DNA of 64,000 nucleotides, from positions 6,798 through 70,797 of the forward strand of contig JAXDBM010000093.1 in assembly GCA_034678725.1 (NCBI GenBank), in the 5' to 3' direction. Made by a program: the position numbers and the translations under genes. Shown one piece after another: positions 1-8,309 of this stretch. The stretch comes from Syntrophales bacterium. GTDB lineage: Bacteria > Desulfobacterota > Syntrophia > Syntrophales > Fen-1087. How positions within the stretch are numbered: position 1 is the stretch's first letter; each line of letters begins with the position of its first letter. The notes beneath the pieces are model-generated. The model was not told where the DNA came from and made no database searches. It saw nothing but the letters and a program-made list of their open reading frames with translations.

Positions 1-693
1 ACATCGGTCGATCCGGAAAAATTGCAGAACCTCTTTCAAGGCGCTTTGGATTTCGTTATCGACCCGATCCGGGGGAAGGGCGATGAACCTCGCGGAGAGA
101 TCGGCGAGGAACTTTTCAAACACGAGGCGCTCCCGGAGAAGCTTTTCACCTCTGCTGCGCTCCAGCGCATTCACAAACAATTCTCCCAGCAAGCGCAGGC
201 GCGGGACGTATTCCTTCGGACAGACACGATCCGTCGCAGCCGAGCTGATGCCGAGGCTGTACTCGGAAGACCTCAACGCGGCAATGGGAATATACAGGCC
301 GGACCTGACTTTCCACGTTTCCATCGTCTGCTTGTCGACTGCAGCCTCCGCCGGAAGATCGTCGAGCGTTGCAAAGGAAAAGGTTTCGCGAGAATCCATA
401 AGCTTCCCGGCAGCCCAGGGGACGAGCGATACGGGGAGAGAGGTCGCGACGGGAAAGGGAGAATCCCCCGCGGCATCGGCATTGTGCGTAATCTGCCATT
501 GAGTCCTGCACGGCAGCAGACGCAGCAGGGAACACCGATCGATCTCAAAGAACCGCAACACCTTTTTCAGGGCGCCCCGGATCTCATCATCCACCTGCTC
601 GGTGGGAAGGGCAACGAGCCTCGCGGAGAGATCGGTCAGGAACTTTTCAAACTCCAGCTTCAGATCGGGTGCAGTCGGCTTAGCGGATTGCAT
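1..693 (-). CDS. GAF-type sensor/signalling protein, N-terminal part; the gene continues past the left edge of the window
   Basis: Hand translation of the minus strand from ATG (693-691) stays open for 231 codons down to position 1: MQSAKPTAPDLKLEFEKFLTDLSARLVALPTEQVDDEIRGALKKVLRFFEIDRCSLL...FEKFLADLSARFIALPPDRVDNEIQSALKEVLQFFRIDRC. The linker plus GAF-start motif recurs after 177 codons. It is absent from the ORF track because no stop lies inside the window. The listed 22..756 plus-strand ORF is its shadow. Confidence 0.6.
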   Translation of the reverse strand, partial: MQSAKPTAPDLKLEFEKFLTDLSARLVALPTEQVDDEIRGALKKVLRFFEIDRCSLLRLLPCRTQWQITHNADAAGDSPFPVATSLPVSLVPWAAGKLMDSRETFSFATLDDLPAEAAVDKQTMETWKVRSGLYIPIAALRSSEYSLGISSAATDRVCPKEYVPRLRLLGELFVNALERSRGEKLLRERLVFEKFLADLSARFIALPPDRVDNEIQSALKEVLQFFRIDRC

Positions 694-1044
694 ATGGTTC
701 TTTCCTTTCACAGCAGGCACTGTTATTTGAAAAGACCTCGTCCACCGATACTCTGAACCTTGGCACTATGTGCCGGCTTGATCGTACATCACCCAACGCA
801 TGATTGCAATTTCCATATAACTATTTGATCTTATATGCTATTTTATAATAGCCTGTCTCAGGAAGCAAGAAAAATGTTGATCCAGGCCGTGATATTTACG
901 TTGAGATGGGACCTTGCCCTGATGTCAGTTCGGCCTTGTTGCTTTGAACCGGAGCTGAGAGGAAAAGGAGAGTCAGCTCTATGGTCGGAACCCGTGCGGT
1001 CACACCCTGTGAGGTTCTGGCCGCGGGTGGCGGCGCATCGACGA

Positions 1045-1076
1045 ACAGAAAAAGAAAAGAGGCCGACGGGACGGCC
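1045..1076 (-). terminator. Rho-independent terminator downstream of the molybdopterin oxidoreductase gene
   Basis: The minus strand reads GGCCGtcccgtCGGCC (1076-1061) followed by TCTTTTCTTTTTCT, just after the stop at 1084. Confidence 0.55.
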
Positions 1077-1083
1077 ATCTCCC

Positions 1084-3351
1084 TTACAAGGCCTCGACCC
1101 GACAGGGCACGAACCGATGCATGGGTGTCCCGAACCGGTCCCGGTGTGTATTCTTTGTCAGGCGGTTGACATTTGCCCCGTATTTCCTGCCATCGTAAAC
1201 GAGGCCGAAGCCGTGCGGGATCACCACATGACCCCTGCGGGCCGCATTCGTCACTTCCAGCTCGATTTCTTCCGAACCGGCTTCCGTGGCGACCCTGACC
1301 TGCTGACCATCTTTCAAACTGAGCGCTTCAGCGTCGGCGGGGTGCATCGCGAGCGTACAAGCCCGCTTGCCTTCATTCCAGGCGGGGTTTCGCATCAGCG
1401 TATTGGCGTTCATGGATATGTGCCGTCCCGCCATGAGGATCAGCGGAAACTCCGGGTCCATCCGGAGCGCCGCCTCTTCATTCCGCGCCTCGACGCTCTG
1501 AAGCTCGTCGAGCAGTTCCGGAATCTGTAGATTGATTCTGCCGTCCTCCGTTTTGACTTCGGCGAAGTTGTTTTCCGGGTCGACCTTCCCCACCCAGACA
1601 CCTTCGGGATGATCGAGAATTCGCTGAAAGATTTCTTCACCCAGGGCCGGGCCTGACTGGAATCCCGCGCGAACGGCGTTTTTGAAAAACGACTTGGGCG
1701 CAACCTGGAGCATGCCCCAGAGCGCCGCCAAGTGCACCGAACCCATAGCCTTGCCCAGCGTCTTGCCCAGGATAAACGGCATGGCTTTCATCGCCTTGGG
1801 CTCCGTCATGACATACTCCATCAGGGCCTTGACATAGGCCGCGCGGTCGGAGCAGGCCGCCTGGTGAAGACTTTCGGGAATCGGGGGGATCAGCCCCAGC
1901 TTGTCAGCGAGGCGCAGGTGAATTTCACCCAGCTCCAGTTGCTCCCCGTCCGGCTCGATAATGGGCTTGCGCATCTGAAAGTGAATGCCCGGATAGGTCA
2001 TGGGAAAGAACGTCCCGTCCCAGGATTCATAGCCGGACCGCGAGGGCAGCACGTAATGGGAAAGGGCGACTGTCTCCGTCATGGCCATTTCCGCCGTAAC
2101 CAGCAAATCCAGCCGCGCGAAAGCTTTCTCGTACGCCGTGGTGTCCGCATAGGACCGCAGGGGGTTCGAACCGGCCACCAGAACCGCCCGCAACCGTTCC
2201 GGGTGATCGGAAAGAATCTCCTCCGGCATGACGTTCGGCGGGAAAACGCCGCAAACGGGGAAGGAATTCGTGGTCATCGTGCGCCAGATTTTGGGATTCC
2301 TTTCGTCGGTATGCGATCCGATCGGCACTATGTGACCGTGAATGACATTGCCGCCGGGAACGCAGATCCTGCCGCAGATTGCCTGTAGAATCACGATCAG
2401 GTAGGAGTTCAACGCGCTGTGGCGTCCCATGTAGATGCCCAGATCGTAACGCAGCGATGACTTACGGGTAGCGTAGGCTTTGGCGACTTCGCGGACCCGG
2501 TCAAAATCCAGCTCGCAGGTTTGGAGAGCGGCACAGACGTCGAAATCCCGGAAATGCGGCCGAACGTGCTCGAACCCTGATGTGTGATTTTCCAGATAGG
2601 TTTTGTTTTCCCATCCTTCCGAGAGGATGAAGGAAATCATCGCCTTGAGGAGCAGGGCGTCCGTGCCAGGGCGGATCTGCAAATGGATGTCGGCAATCTT
2701 CGCGGTTTCGGAAACCCGGGGATCGACCACGATCAGCAGCTTGTCCGGATCCCTGGCGATGCTCTGGAGCCGACGAGGCGCCTGGGGAATCTGGTGGCTC
2801 TGCATGCCGTTCCACCCCAGAATGAGCAGGACATCTGTGTTCTTCACGTCCGGCTGATCGTGCAGGTACTGGCGCCCGTATGTGCGCCCGATCACCCAGA
2901 AGGCGCCGGCGAATTCCTGGGCGAGGGCGCCATAATGATACTGGGAACCCAGCCCCCGCATGAGGCGAATGCCGAAGGCCGCCTCGAAATGGCCGCCCTG
3001 CATGCTTGCGCCCATGTAGGCAAACGAGTGCGGGCCGTACCGGCCGAGGACGGCTTTCAGTTTGGCCGCGATTTCATCGATGGCCTGGTCCCATGAAATG
3101 CGCTCAAAACCGCTGCCGACCTTCTTCAAAGGGTACTTCAAACGATCGGCGTTGTGCTGGTGATAGGCCACGTTCATGCCCTTGCGGCAGAAATAGCCCT
3201 CGCTCTTGACATTGGACTTGTCCGGCTTCACCCGAACGATGCGATTGCCTTCCACCTCGATTTCGAGGCCGCAGTTCTGCGCGCAGAGGACGCACCCGGT
3301 CTTGTGAGTCGTTCCCAAAGCTATGTTCTCCTTTCTTTGCATGCCGTTCAT
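1084..3351 (-). CDS. Molybdopterin (bis-MGD) oxidoreductase family protein, cytoplasmic type, substrate unknown
   Basis: 755-aa ORF. The N-terminus carries a CxxCxxxC...C Fe-S motif (CVLCAQNCGLE...GYFCRKG) typical of the MopB family. Family-typical segments include LILGWN and IVVDPR...IRPGTD. No twin-arginine signal is visible. Confidence 0.85.
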   Translation of the reverse strand: MNGMQRKENIALGTTHKTGCVLCAQNCGLEIEVEGNRIVRVKPDKSNVKSEGYFCRKGMNVAYHQHNADRLKYPLKKVGSGFERISWDQAIDEIAAKLKAVLGRYGPHSFAYMGASMQGGHFEAAFGIRLMRGLGSQYHYGALAQEFAGAFWVIGRTYGRQYLHDQPDVKNTDVLLILGWNGMQSHQIPQAPRRLQSIARDPDKLLIVVDPRVSETAKIADIHLQIRPGTDALLLKAMISFILSEGWENKTYLENHTSGFEHVRPHFRDFDVCAALQTCELDFDRVREVAKAYATRKSSLRYDLGIYMGRHSALNSYLIVILQAICGRICVPGGNVIHGHIVPIGSHTDERNPKIWRTMTTNSFPVCGVFPPNVMPEEILSDHPERLRAVLVAGSNPLRSYADTTAYEKAFARLDLLVTAEMAMTETVALSHYVLPSRSGYESWDGTFFPMTYPGIHFQMRKPIIEPDGEQLELGEIHLRLADKLGLIPPIPESLHQAACSDRAAYVKALMEYVMTEPKAMKAMPFILGKTLGKAMGSVHLAALWGMLQVAPKSFFKNAVRAGFQSGPALGEEIFQRILDHPEGVWVGKVDPENNFAEVKTEDGRINLQIPELLDELQSVEARNEEAALRMDPEFPLILMAGRHISMNANTLMRNPAWNEGKRACTLAMHPADAEALSLKDGQQVRVATEAGSEEIELEVTNAARRGHVVIPHGFGLVYDGRKYGANVNRLTKNTHRDRFGTPMHRFVPCRVEAL

Positions 3352-3358
3352 TCGGCCG

Positions 3359-3790
3359 TTAATCCTGATTTTCCCGATCGCGGAGCTTCCGGATCAGGGT
3401 GCGCAATTGCCTTTGCTCGCTTTTCGTCAATTTCCCCAGAAATTCCCGGTTGGCCTCGACGATCAGACGAACCGCTTCGGCACCCATGGCGCTCCCCCGC
3501 TCCGTGAGGTGAATATGAATGGAGCGACGGTCCGCGGGATTCGCACGGCGTTCAATGAGTTGAGCTGCTTCCATGCGATCGATCAGTCCGGTCAGGGTTG
3601 CGCTGTCCAATTCGATCCGCTTGCCCAGTTCACTGGATGTGACCGGATCTTCATCGTTGAGAAAGCCCAGAATCAAAGCCTGGACCGGAGTGATACTGAG
3701 CCCGGCAACTTTCTGACCCAAAAAGCGGCTCCCGAGCTGACTTGCCTTGGCCAGTTGAAAAAAAATGCAGTTGTCCGCTTTCAATTTCAT
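3359..3790 (-). CDS. MarR family transcriptional regulator
   Basis: 143-aa ORF with a winged-helix segment (LGFLNDEDPVTSSELGKRIELDSATLTGLIDRMEAAQLIERRANPADRRSIHIHLTERG). It ends 7 nt upstream of the oxidoreductase start, so the two are probably one operon. Confidence 0.85.
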   Translation of the reverse strand: MKLKADNCIFFQLAKASQLGSRFLGQKVAGLSITPVQALILGFLNDEDPVTSSELGKRIELDSATLTGLIDRMEAAQLIERRANPADRRSIHIHLTERGSAMGAEAVRLIVEANREFLGKLTKSEQRQLRTLIRKLRDRENQD

Positions 3791-3924
3791 TTCCCTCAGT
3801 AAGCTCGTATGCTAAATACTTGTGTGCAAGCATAGTGAATCGGCGTGGCTTTGTCAATGCAACTCTTTCAACACGAGTTTGTTCTTCGCTTGACATATCC
3901 AGACAATGAAAATATGGTGCGCGC

Positions 3925-4416
3925 GTGGATATTCAATCACCGCAAGAATTACCCAACACCGGCCATAACGAATCTGAAAAACGACCCCGTCTGTTCCCGT
4001 TACTCATGCTCATCCTGATCGCGGCCTGCGGCATCTCACTCTGGGCCTGCACGGAAGAAGGCGCATCCATCGGTGAACCGGATCAGGCCGGCTATGTGTA
4101 TGAAGCCAAGGAGAAGTTCGTTCTGCAGGCCATCGCGCAGATCTTCACCGAGAATAACCTGGGGCGGGCGAACATCAATGCGGACGCGCATGAAGTCGCA
4201 TCAGACTACCTTGTCCAGGGCGATTGGAGAACGCGTGGCCTGGCCCGCGTCCGCCAGATCAACTGGAAGGAATGCGAGGTGAAACTCACCATCATCACCG
4301 AGAAGAAGACGCCGACGGGATGGGAGATGCGGCGACTGCTCGGAAAAGACCAATACGAAAAGATTTTCAAAGCCATCGAATTTCAGATCTATCGGGAAAT
4401 TTACAAAGCCAATTGA
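3925..4416 (+). CDS. Hypothetical lipoprotein
   Basis: 163-aa ORF with a GTG start. A hydrophobic segment ends in a lipobox-like LIAAC (LFPLLMLILIAACGISL). I do not recognise a family. Confidence 0.5.
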   Translation: MDIQSPQELPNTGHNESEKRPRLFPLLMLILIAACGISLWACTEEGASIGEPDQAGYVYEAKEKFVLQAIAQIFTENNLGRANINADAHEVASDYLVQGDWRTRGLARVRQINWKECEVKLTIITEKKTPTGWEMRRLLGKDQYEKIFKAIEFQIYREIYKAN

Positions 4417-4488
4417 TCCAATATTTTGTGTCCGGGGAAGAACAATCGGAGGAATTCCGAAATTCGGCCATGTCGGCCTGACTGGCAA

Positions 4489-4959
4489 ATGCATGACAGG
4501 AGGAAAATTTCGATCGGCGAAAAGCTGATCGCCGAGTCGCTGCTCAAGCTGTTGGAAAGGGGCGTGGTCAAGAAATACGACACACTGGAAGCCATGGCTG
4601 CGGCATACAACTGTCCCCTGGAGCCGCTCAAGGCGACAATCGAAACCTTCAACAAGGGCGTGGTGGCAGGCAAGGACGAGGAATGGGGTCGCTATCTACA
4701 GAAAAACCAGAAGCCCCTCGGCTCCGGTCCATATTATGCCCTGCGACTCATGCCGAAAGTGCATCACACCATGGGAGGCATCAATATCAACGCAAAAGCG
4801 CAGGCCATTGATGTCATGACCGACAAGCCAATTGCCGGCCTCTACGTCGCAGGAGAAGTCACCGGCGGCGTCCGTCTGGGCAGTTGCGCAACGCGCGACT
4901 GCCTGATTTTCGGCAGGATCGCCGGACAGAACGCAGCAAAAGAGAAGATCTGGAGTTAG
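4489..4959 (+). pseudogene. C-terminal remnant of an FAD-dependent fumarate reductase / flavocytochrome c-type flavoprotein; the N-terminal FAD-binding part is missing
   Basis: The translation ...YDTLEAMAAAYNCPLEPLKATIETFNKGV...YYALRLMPKVHHTMGGININ...LYVAGEVTGGVRLGSCATRDCLIFGRIAG matches only the last ~150 aa of ~500-600-aa FRD/urocanate-reductase-like flavoproteins. The region upstream is occupied by an unrelated lipoprotein gene. An in-frame ATG lies at 4489; the track ORF starts at 4426. Confidence 0.6.
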
Positions 4960-4977
4960 TTTCGGATCAGAAAATGC

Positions 4978-5014
4978 AGAGCTCTTCCCCGCTTGAGGGA
5001 AGAGCTCTTTTTTT
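4978..5014 (+). terminator. Rho-independent terminator with a 12-bp stem
   Basis: AGAGCTCTTCCC-cgcttga-GGGAAGAGCTCT followed by TTTTTTT, 19 nt after the stop at 4959. Confidence 0.8.
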
Positions 5015-5175
5015 CGCGTTCAGGAACTGCCGGGAGTGTCGTCGGGAACCCCGAAGGCTGTCTTCCGCACCCAGGTGAAGATCCGACAGGCAGATGTAGC
5101 GGATATCCGGAACCCGGCGCCTCCGTTGCTTTCCTTGGGATGAGGATTCCTTGCGCGGTGAAGCCCCGATATGCC

Positions 5176-6198
5176 TCAGGCTTCTTTTCCGTACGCTCCT
5201 TCAGGCAGCGTTTCCCCAAGCGCCAGGCGGCAGAGATCGCTGATCATGTAGGTTTCCAGGCCGGCATCCCGGCAGGGCTGACCCATGGCATCGAGGCACA
5301 TGGGGCAGAGGAAGCCCATCGCCCGCGCACCGTGTGTTTTTGCGTCATCGATATTGAGCGCCTGGTAGCTCGGATACTTCTCCCCCCGCTGCATGAAACC
5401 CTTGAGGGCCTGGCCGCAGCAAAGGGCATCCTCGCGGTCATATTGCCTCGCCACCCGCTCGACGCCGATCAGGCGGAAGATGTCATCGAGGTGGTTTTCC
5501 TTCCCAGGCGTCAGCCGCGACGCGCAAGGGCGCTGGTAGGCGACCTTCCAGTGCAGCGGCCGAATGTCCTCCCGGTGGCTTCTCAGATAACCGGCCAGGT
5601 ACTCAAAGATGTGAACGGGTCTGAAGGGCAGCGCCACGCCGTACTGGGGCGCGGCATCGGCCATCAGGGCATAACAGTCATCATGGGCAAAGATGATTTC
5701 CTCCGCACCGAGGGCCGCGTACCGGTCGACGAGCGGCTTGATGCCCTCCCGCATAATCGCTTCGTTGCCGAGATGGGGAAAGAGGACGTTGCAGAAATAG
5801 TGCCGTCCCTTGACGACGTCCAGGCCGGCGAACAGCCTGCCCTGAAAGGCCCAGGGAATGACGGCCTCGATCGTACACAGGGAGAGGACCGGTCCCTTTA
5901 CACGCGGCGGCTGAAAATCGCCTTTCGCCGTGAAGCGCGCCTGCAGGGCGGTAAGGAGCTTGGGATCCACATAGTTCCCTGCCTCCGCGATGCGTCGCAG
6001 GATGAGATCGAACGGGCGGGCGCCAGTGGGGCAGTACTCATTGCAGGCAAAGCAGGTGATGCATTTCTTCAGCCAGTCTGCGGGCTCTCCCTTTACCAGC
6101 TTCTCGAACGCGCGGGCGCCTTCCTGCCGATCCATGTCGATGTACCGGCATCGGGCCAGACACTCACCGCAGAAATCACACTTCGATTCGACAAACAT
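5176..6198 (-). CDS. (Fe-S)-binding protein, HdrD/GlcF-like (4Fe-4S dicluster plus cysteine-rich CCG domains)
   Basis: 340-aa ORF. Ferredoxin-type motifs CDFCGECLARC and CITCFACNEYCP sit at the N-terminus. CCG-like motifs follow (ALCCGQAL, FLCPMCLD). Confidence 0.75.
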   Translation of the reverse strand: MFVESKCDFCGECLARCRYIDMDRQEGARAFEKLVKGEPADWLKKCITCFACNEYCPTGARPFDLILRRIAEAGNYVDPKLLTALQARFTAKGDFQPPRVKGPVLSLCTIEAVIPWAFQGRLFAGLDVVKGRHYFCNVLFPHLGNEAIMREGIKPLVDRYAALGAEEIIFAHDDCYALMADAAPQYGVALPFRPVHIFEYLAGYLRSHREDIRPLHWKVAYQRPCASRLTPGKENHLDDIFRLIGVERVARQYDREDALCCGQALKGFMQRGEKYPSYQALNIDDAKTHGARAMGFLCPMCLDAMGQPCRDAGLETYMISDLCRLALGETLPEGAYGKEA

Positions 6199-6375
6199 GA
6201 TTTTTTGCCCCTTTCGACCGATTGCAGATGATTTGCATGCGCGCGTACTGTGACAATCCCGATTTCGCGCCCGGGCCTGCCATGGGCCATTAGGATTTGC
6301 CTTTCCTTACCCGATCCGGCAGGCAGCGTCCAGACTGATTTTTTTCGATCTACCGAAACGCAGCATACCCATTTT

Positions 6376-6419
6376 AGATAAAGGATATTGATTGACATGT
6401 CAATCAATATCCTTTATCT
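6376..6419. promoter_or_regulatory. Perfect 44-bp palindrome (candidate operator) carrying back-to-back TTGACA boxes in a divergent promoter region
   Basis: AGATAAAGGATATTGATTGACATGTCAATCAATATCCTTTATCT equals its own reverse complement. The central TTGACATGTCAA gives a -35-like hexamer on each strand. Each hexamer has a TATCT(C/A) 17 nt downstream. Confidence 0.5.
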
Positions 6420-6485
6420 CTATTTGAAACAGAGGCGAATGCGGATTTGTTTAACCCGAGAAACCGGAGAGGAAAACATAAGTTG

Positions 6486-8309
6486 ATGGAGGCAATGATG
6501 GGGGGGAATCTGTCTCAGATCTTCAGGCACCAGGCCTGGAAATACGGAGACCGGCTGGCCGTGGAAAAGCGTTTACAGGGTTCATGGCAGGGATGGAGCT
6601 GGAAGCAGTATTACGAAACCTCCCGGTCGATCGGTCTCGGCCTCTACAAGCTCGGCGTCCGCAAGGAGGACCGGGTTGCGCTGCTCAGTGAAAACCGGCT
6701 GGAATGGGTTGCCTCCGATCTGGGGATCATTGGCATCGGCGCCTGCACCGTCCCCATCTATGTGACCCTTCAAGCTGCCGAGGTGACTTACATCATCGGC
6801 AATTCCGGATCGAAGGTATTCATCGCCGAGAACCGGGAAGCCGTACAGAAAGTACGGGCTGAAGCCGCCCGATGCCCGGACCTGGAAAAAATCGTCGTCC
6901 TGGAAACGGAGGGGTGCGACGAATCGGACCCCATGCTCCTGAGCTTCGCGGAACTGATCCGGCTCGGCCGAGAACTGGAAGCGGGGGAGCCCGGGCTTTT
7001 CGAAAGGCTGACGGACGCCATCGAGGCCGAAGACCTGGCCACGCTGGTTTACACATCCGGGACGACCGGCCCGCCCAAGGGGGCGATGATCAGCCACCGC
7101 AACATCCTGGCCATCTTTGCCGGTCTCGACGCGGTGGTCCCGGCCTATGAGACCGATGTCACCGTGCCCTTTCTGCCGCTCTGCCACGTATTCGAAAGAG
7201 TGGCCGGTCATTTCTACGGCATGAAAGTCGGGATCACCACCCATTACGCCCAGAGTTTTGACACCATCGTCGAAGACATCCAGACCAAGAAGCCGACGAT
7301 CGTCCTGGCCGTGCCGAGGGTCTGTGAGAAAATCTACGCCCGCATCGTCTCGCAGGTCAAGCAGCAGCCGGCCTGGAAGCAGCGCGTTTTCGAATGGGCC
7401 AAGGGTGTCGGCGCCCGTGCCGGATCGCTGCGGGAGCGGAAGAAGCCGGTTCCGCTGCTTCTGGGGCTGCAGCATAAAATCGCCTACCGGCTCGTTTACA
7501 GGAAGCTGAACGAAGCCCTGGGAGGCCGCGTCCGCTGGATGACGGCGGCCGGGGCGCCCCTGTCCCGGGAGATCGCGGATTTTTTCAACGCTTCCGGCGT
7601 CTTTGTCATTGAAGGCTACGGCATGACGGAAACGACAGCCCCGGTCAGCCTGAATGTGATCGGCGACTACCGCTTTGGAACAACGGGCAAACCGCTCCCC
7701 TGCAATCAGGTCCGGATCGCCCCGGATGGAGAGATCCTGGTCAAGGGGGACAATGTCATCAACGGATACTGGAAAATGCCCGTTCAGACCCGGGACGTGT
7801 TCACGCCGGAAGGCTGGCTGATGACCGGCGACATCGGCCGTCTGGATGAAGACGGATTTCTCGCGATCACGGACCGGAAAAAGGACCTGATCATTACCTC
7901 CGGCGGCAAGAACATCGCCCCCCAGAACATCGAAGGGCTCTTTCTGAAAGATCCGCTTTTCGAACACGTCCTGGTGATCGGGGACCGGAGGAAATACCTG
8001 ACCGCACTGGTGACGCTGAACTTCGTGGAAGCGGCCCGGCTGGCCGAAGAAGGCGGCCTGGCCTTTGCGAACCCTCGCGAACTGATGGACCGGCCGGATT
8101 TCCTTGCGACCGTCGGCCGCCACGTGGCGGAGCGGAATCGGCATCTGGCCCGATTCGAGACGATCAAGGATTACCGGATCGTCCGGGAACCCTTCTCCGA
8201 GAAAACGGGCGAACTGACGCCGTCGCTGAAACTCAAGAAAAAAGTGGTCATGGAAAAATACCGGGACCTGATCGAGGACATGTACGCGGCGTCAGAGATC
8301 GGACAGTGA
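6486..8309 (+). CDS. Long-chain fatty acid-CoA ligase (AMP-forming acyl-CoA synthetase)
   Basis: AMP-binding signature LVYTSGTTGPPKGAMISH, plus GYGMTET and the C-terminal TPSLKLKKK motif. The track ORF starts at TTG 6447. ATG 6486 (MEAMMGGNL) is preferred, but the start is uncertain. Confidence 0.9.
   Translation: MEAMMGGNLSQIFRHQAWKYGDRLAVEKRLQGSWQGWSWKQYYETSRSIGLGLYKLGVRKEDRVALLSENRLEWVASDLGIIGIGACTVPIYVTLQAAEVTYIIGNSGSKVFIAENREAVQKVRAEAARCPDLEKIVVLETEGCDESDPMLLSFAELIRLGRELEAGEPGLFERLTDAIEAEDLATLVYTSGTTGPPKGAMISHRNILAIFAGLDAVVPAYETDVTVPFLPLCHVFERVAGHFYGMKVGITTHYAQSFDTIVEDIQTKKPTIVLAVPRVCEKIYARIVSQVKQQPAWKQRVFEWAKGVGARAGSLRERKKPVPLLLGLQHKIAYRLVYRKLNEALGGRVRWMTAAGAPLSREIADFFNASGVFVIEGYGMTETTAPVSLNVIGDYRFGTTGKPLPCNQVRIAPDGEILVKGDNVINGYWKMPVQTRDVFTPEGWLMTGDIGRLDEDGFLAITDRKKDLIITSGGKNIAPQNIEGLFLKDPLFEHVLVIGDRRKYLTALVTLNFVEAARLAEEGGLAFANPRELMDRPDFLATVGRHVAERNRHLARFETIKDYRIVREPFSEKTGELTPSLKLKKKVVMEKYRDLIEDMYAASEIGQ

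Noticed and set aside
22-756. A 244-aa plus-strand ORF at the left edge, with an internal repeat
   Set aside because: Its translation is Arg/Gly/Pro-rich nonsense. The opposite strand gives a coherent GAF-type sensor sequence that is open to the window edge. The apparent repeat reflects the duplicated module of the minus-strand gene.
761-774. TGGCAC followed by ...TGCC (a sigma54-like look), and a small palindrome GGCACtatGTGCC
   Set aside because: The downstream element does not match TTGC at the required 12-nt GG-to-GC register. It points at a region with no credible plus-strand gene. The 5-bp arms are too short to argue for an operator.
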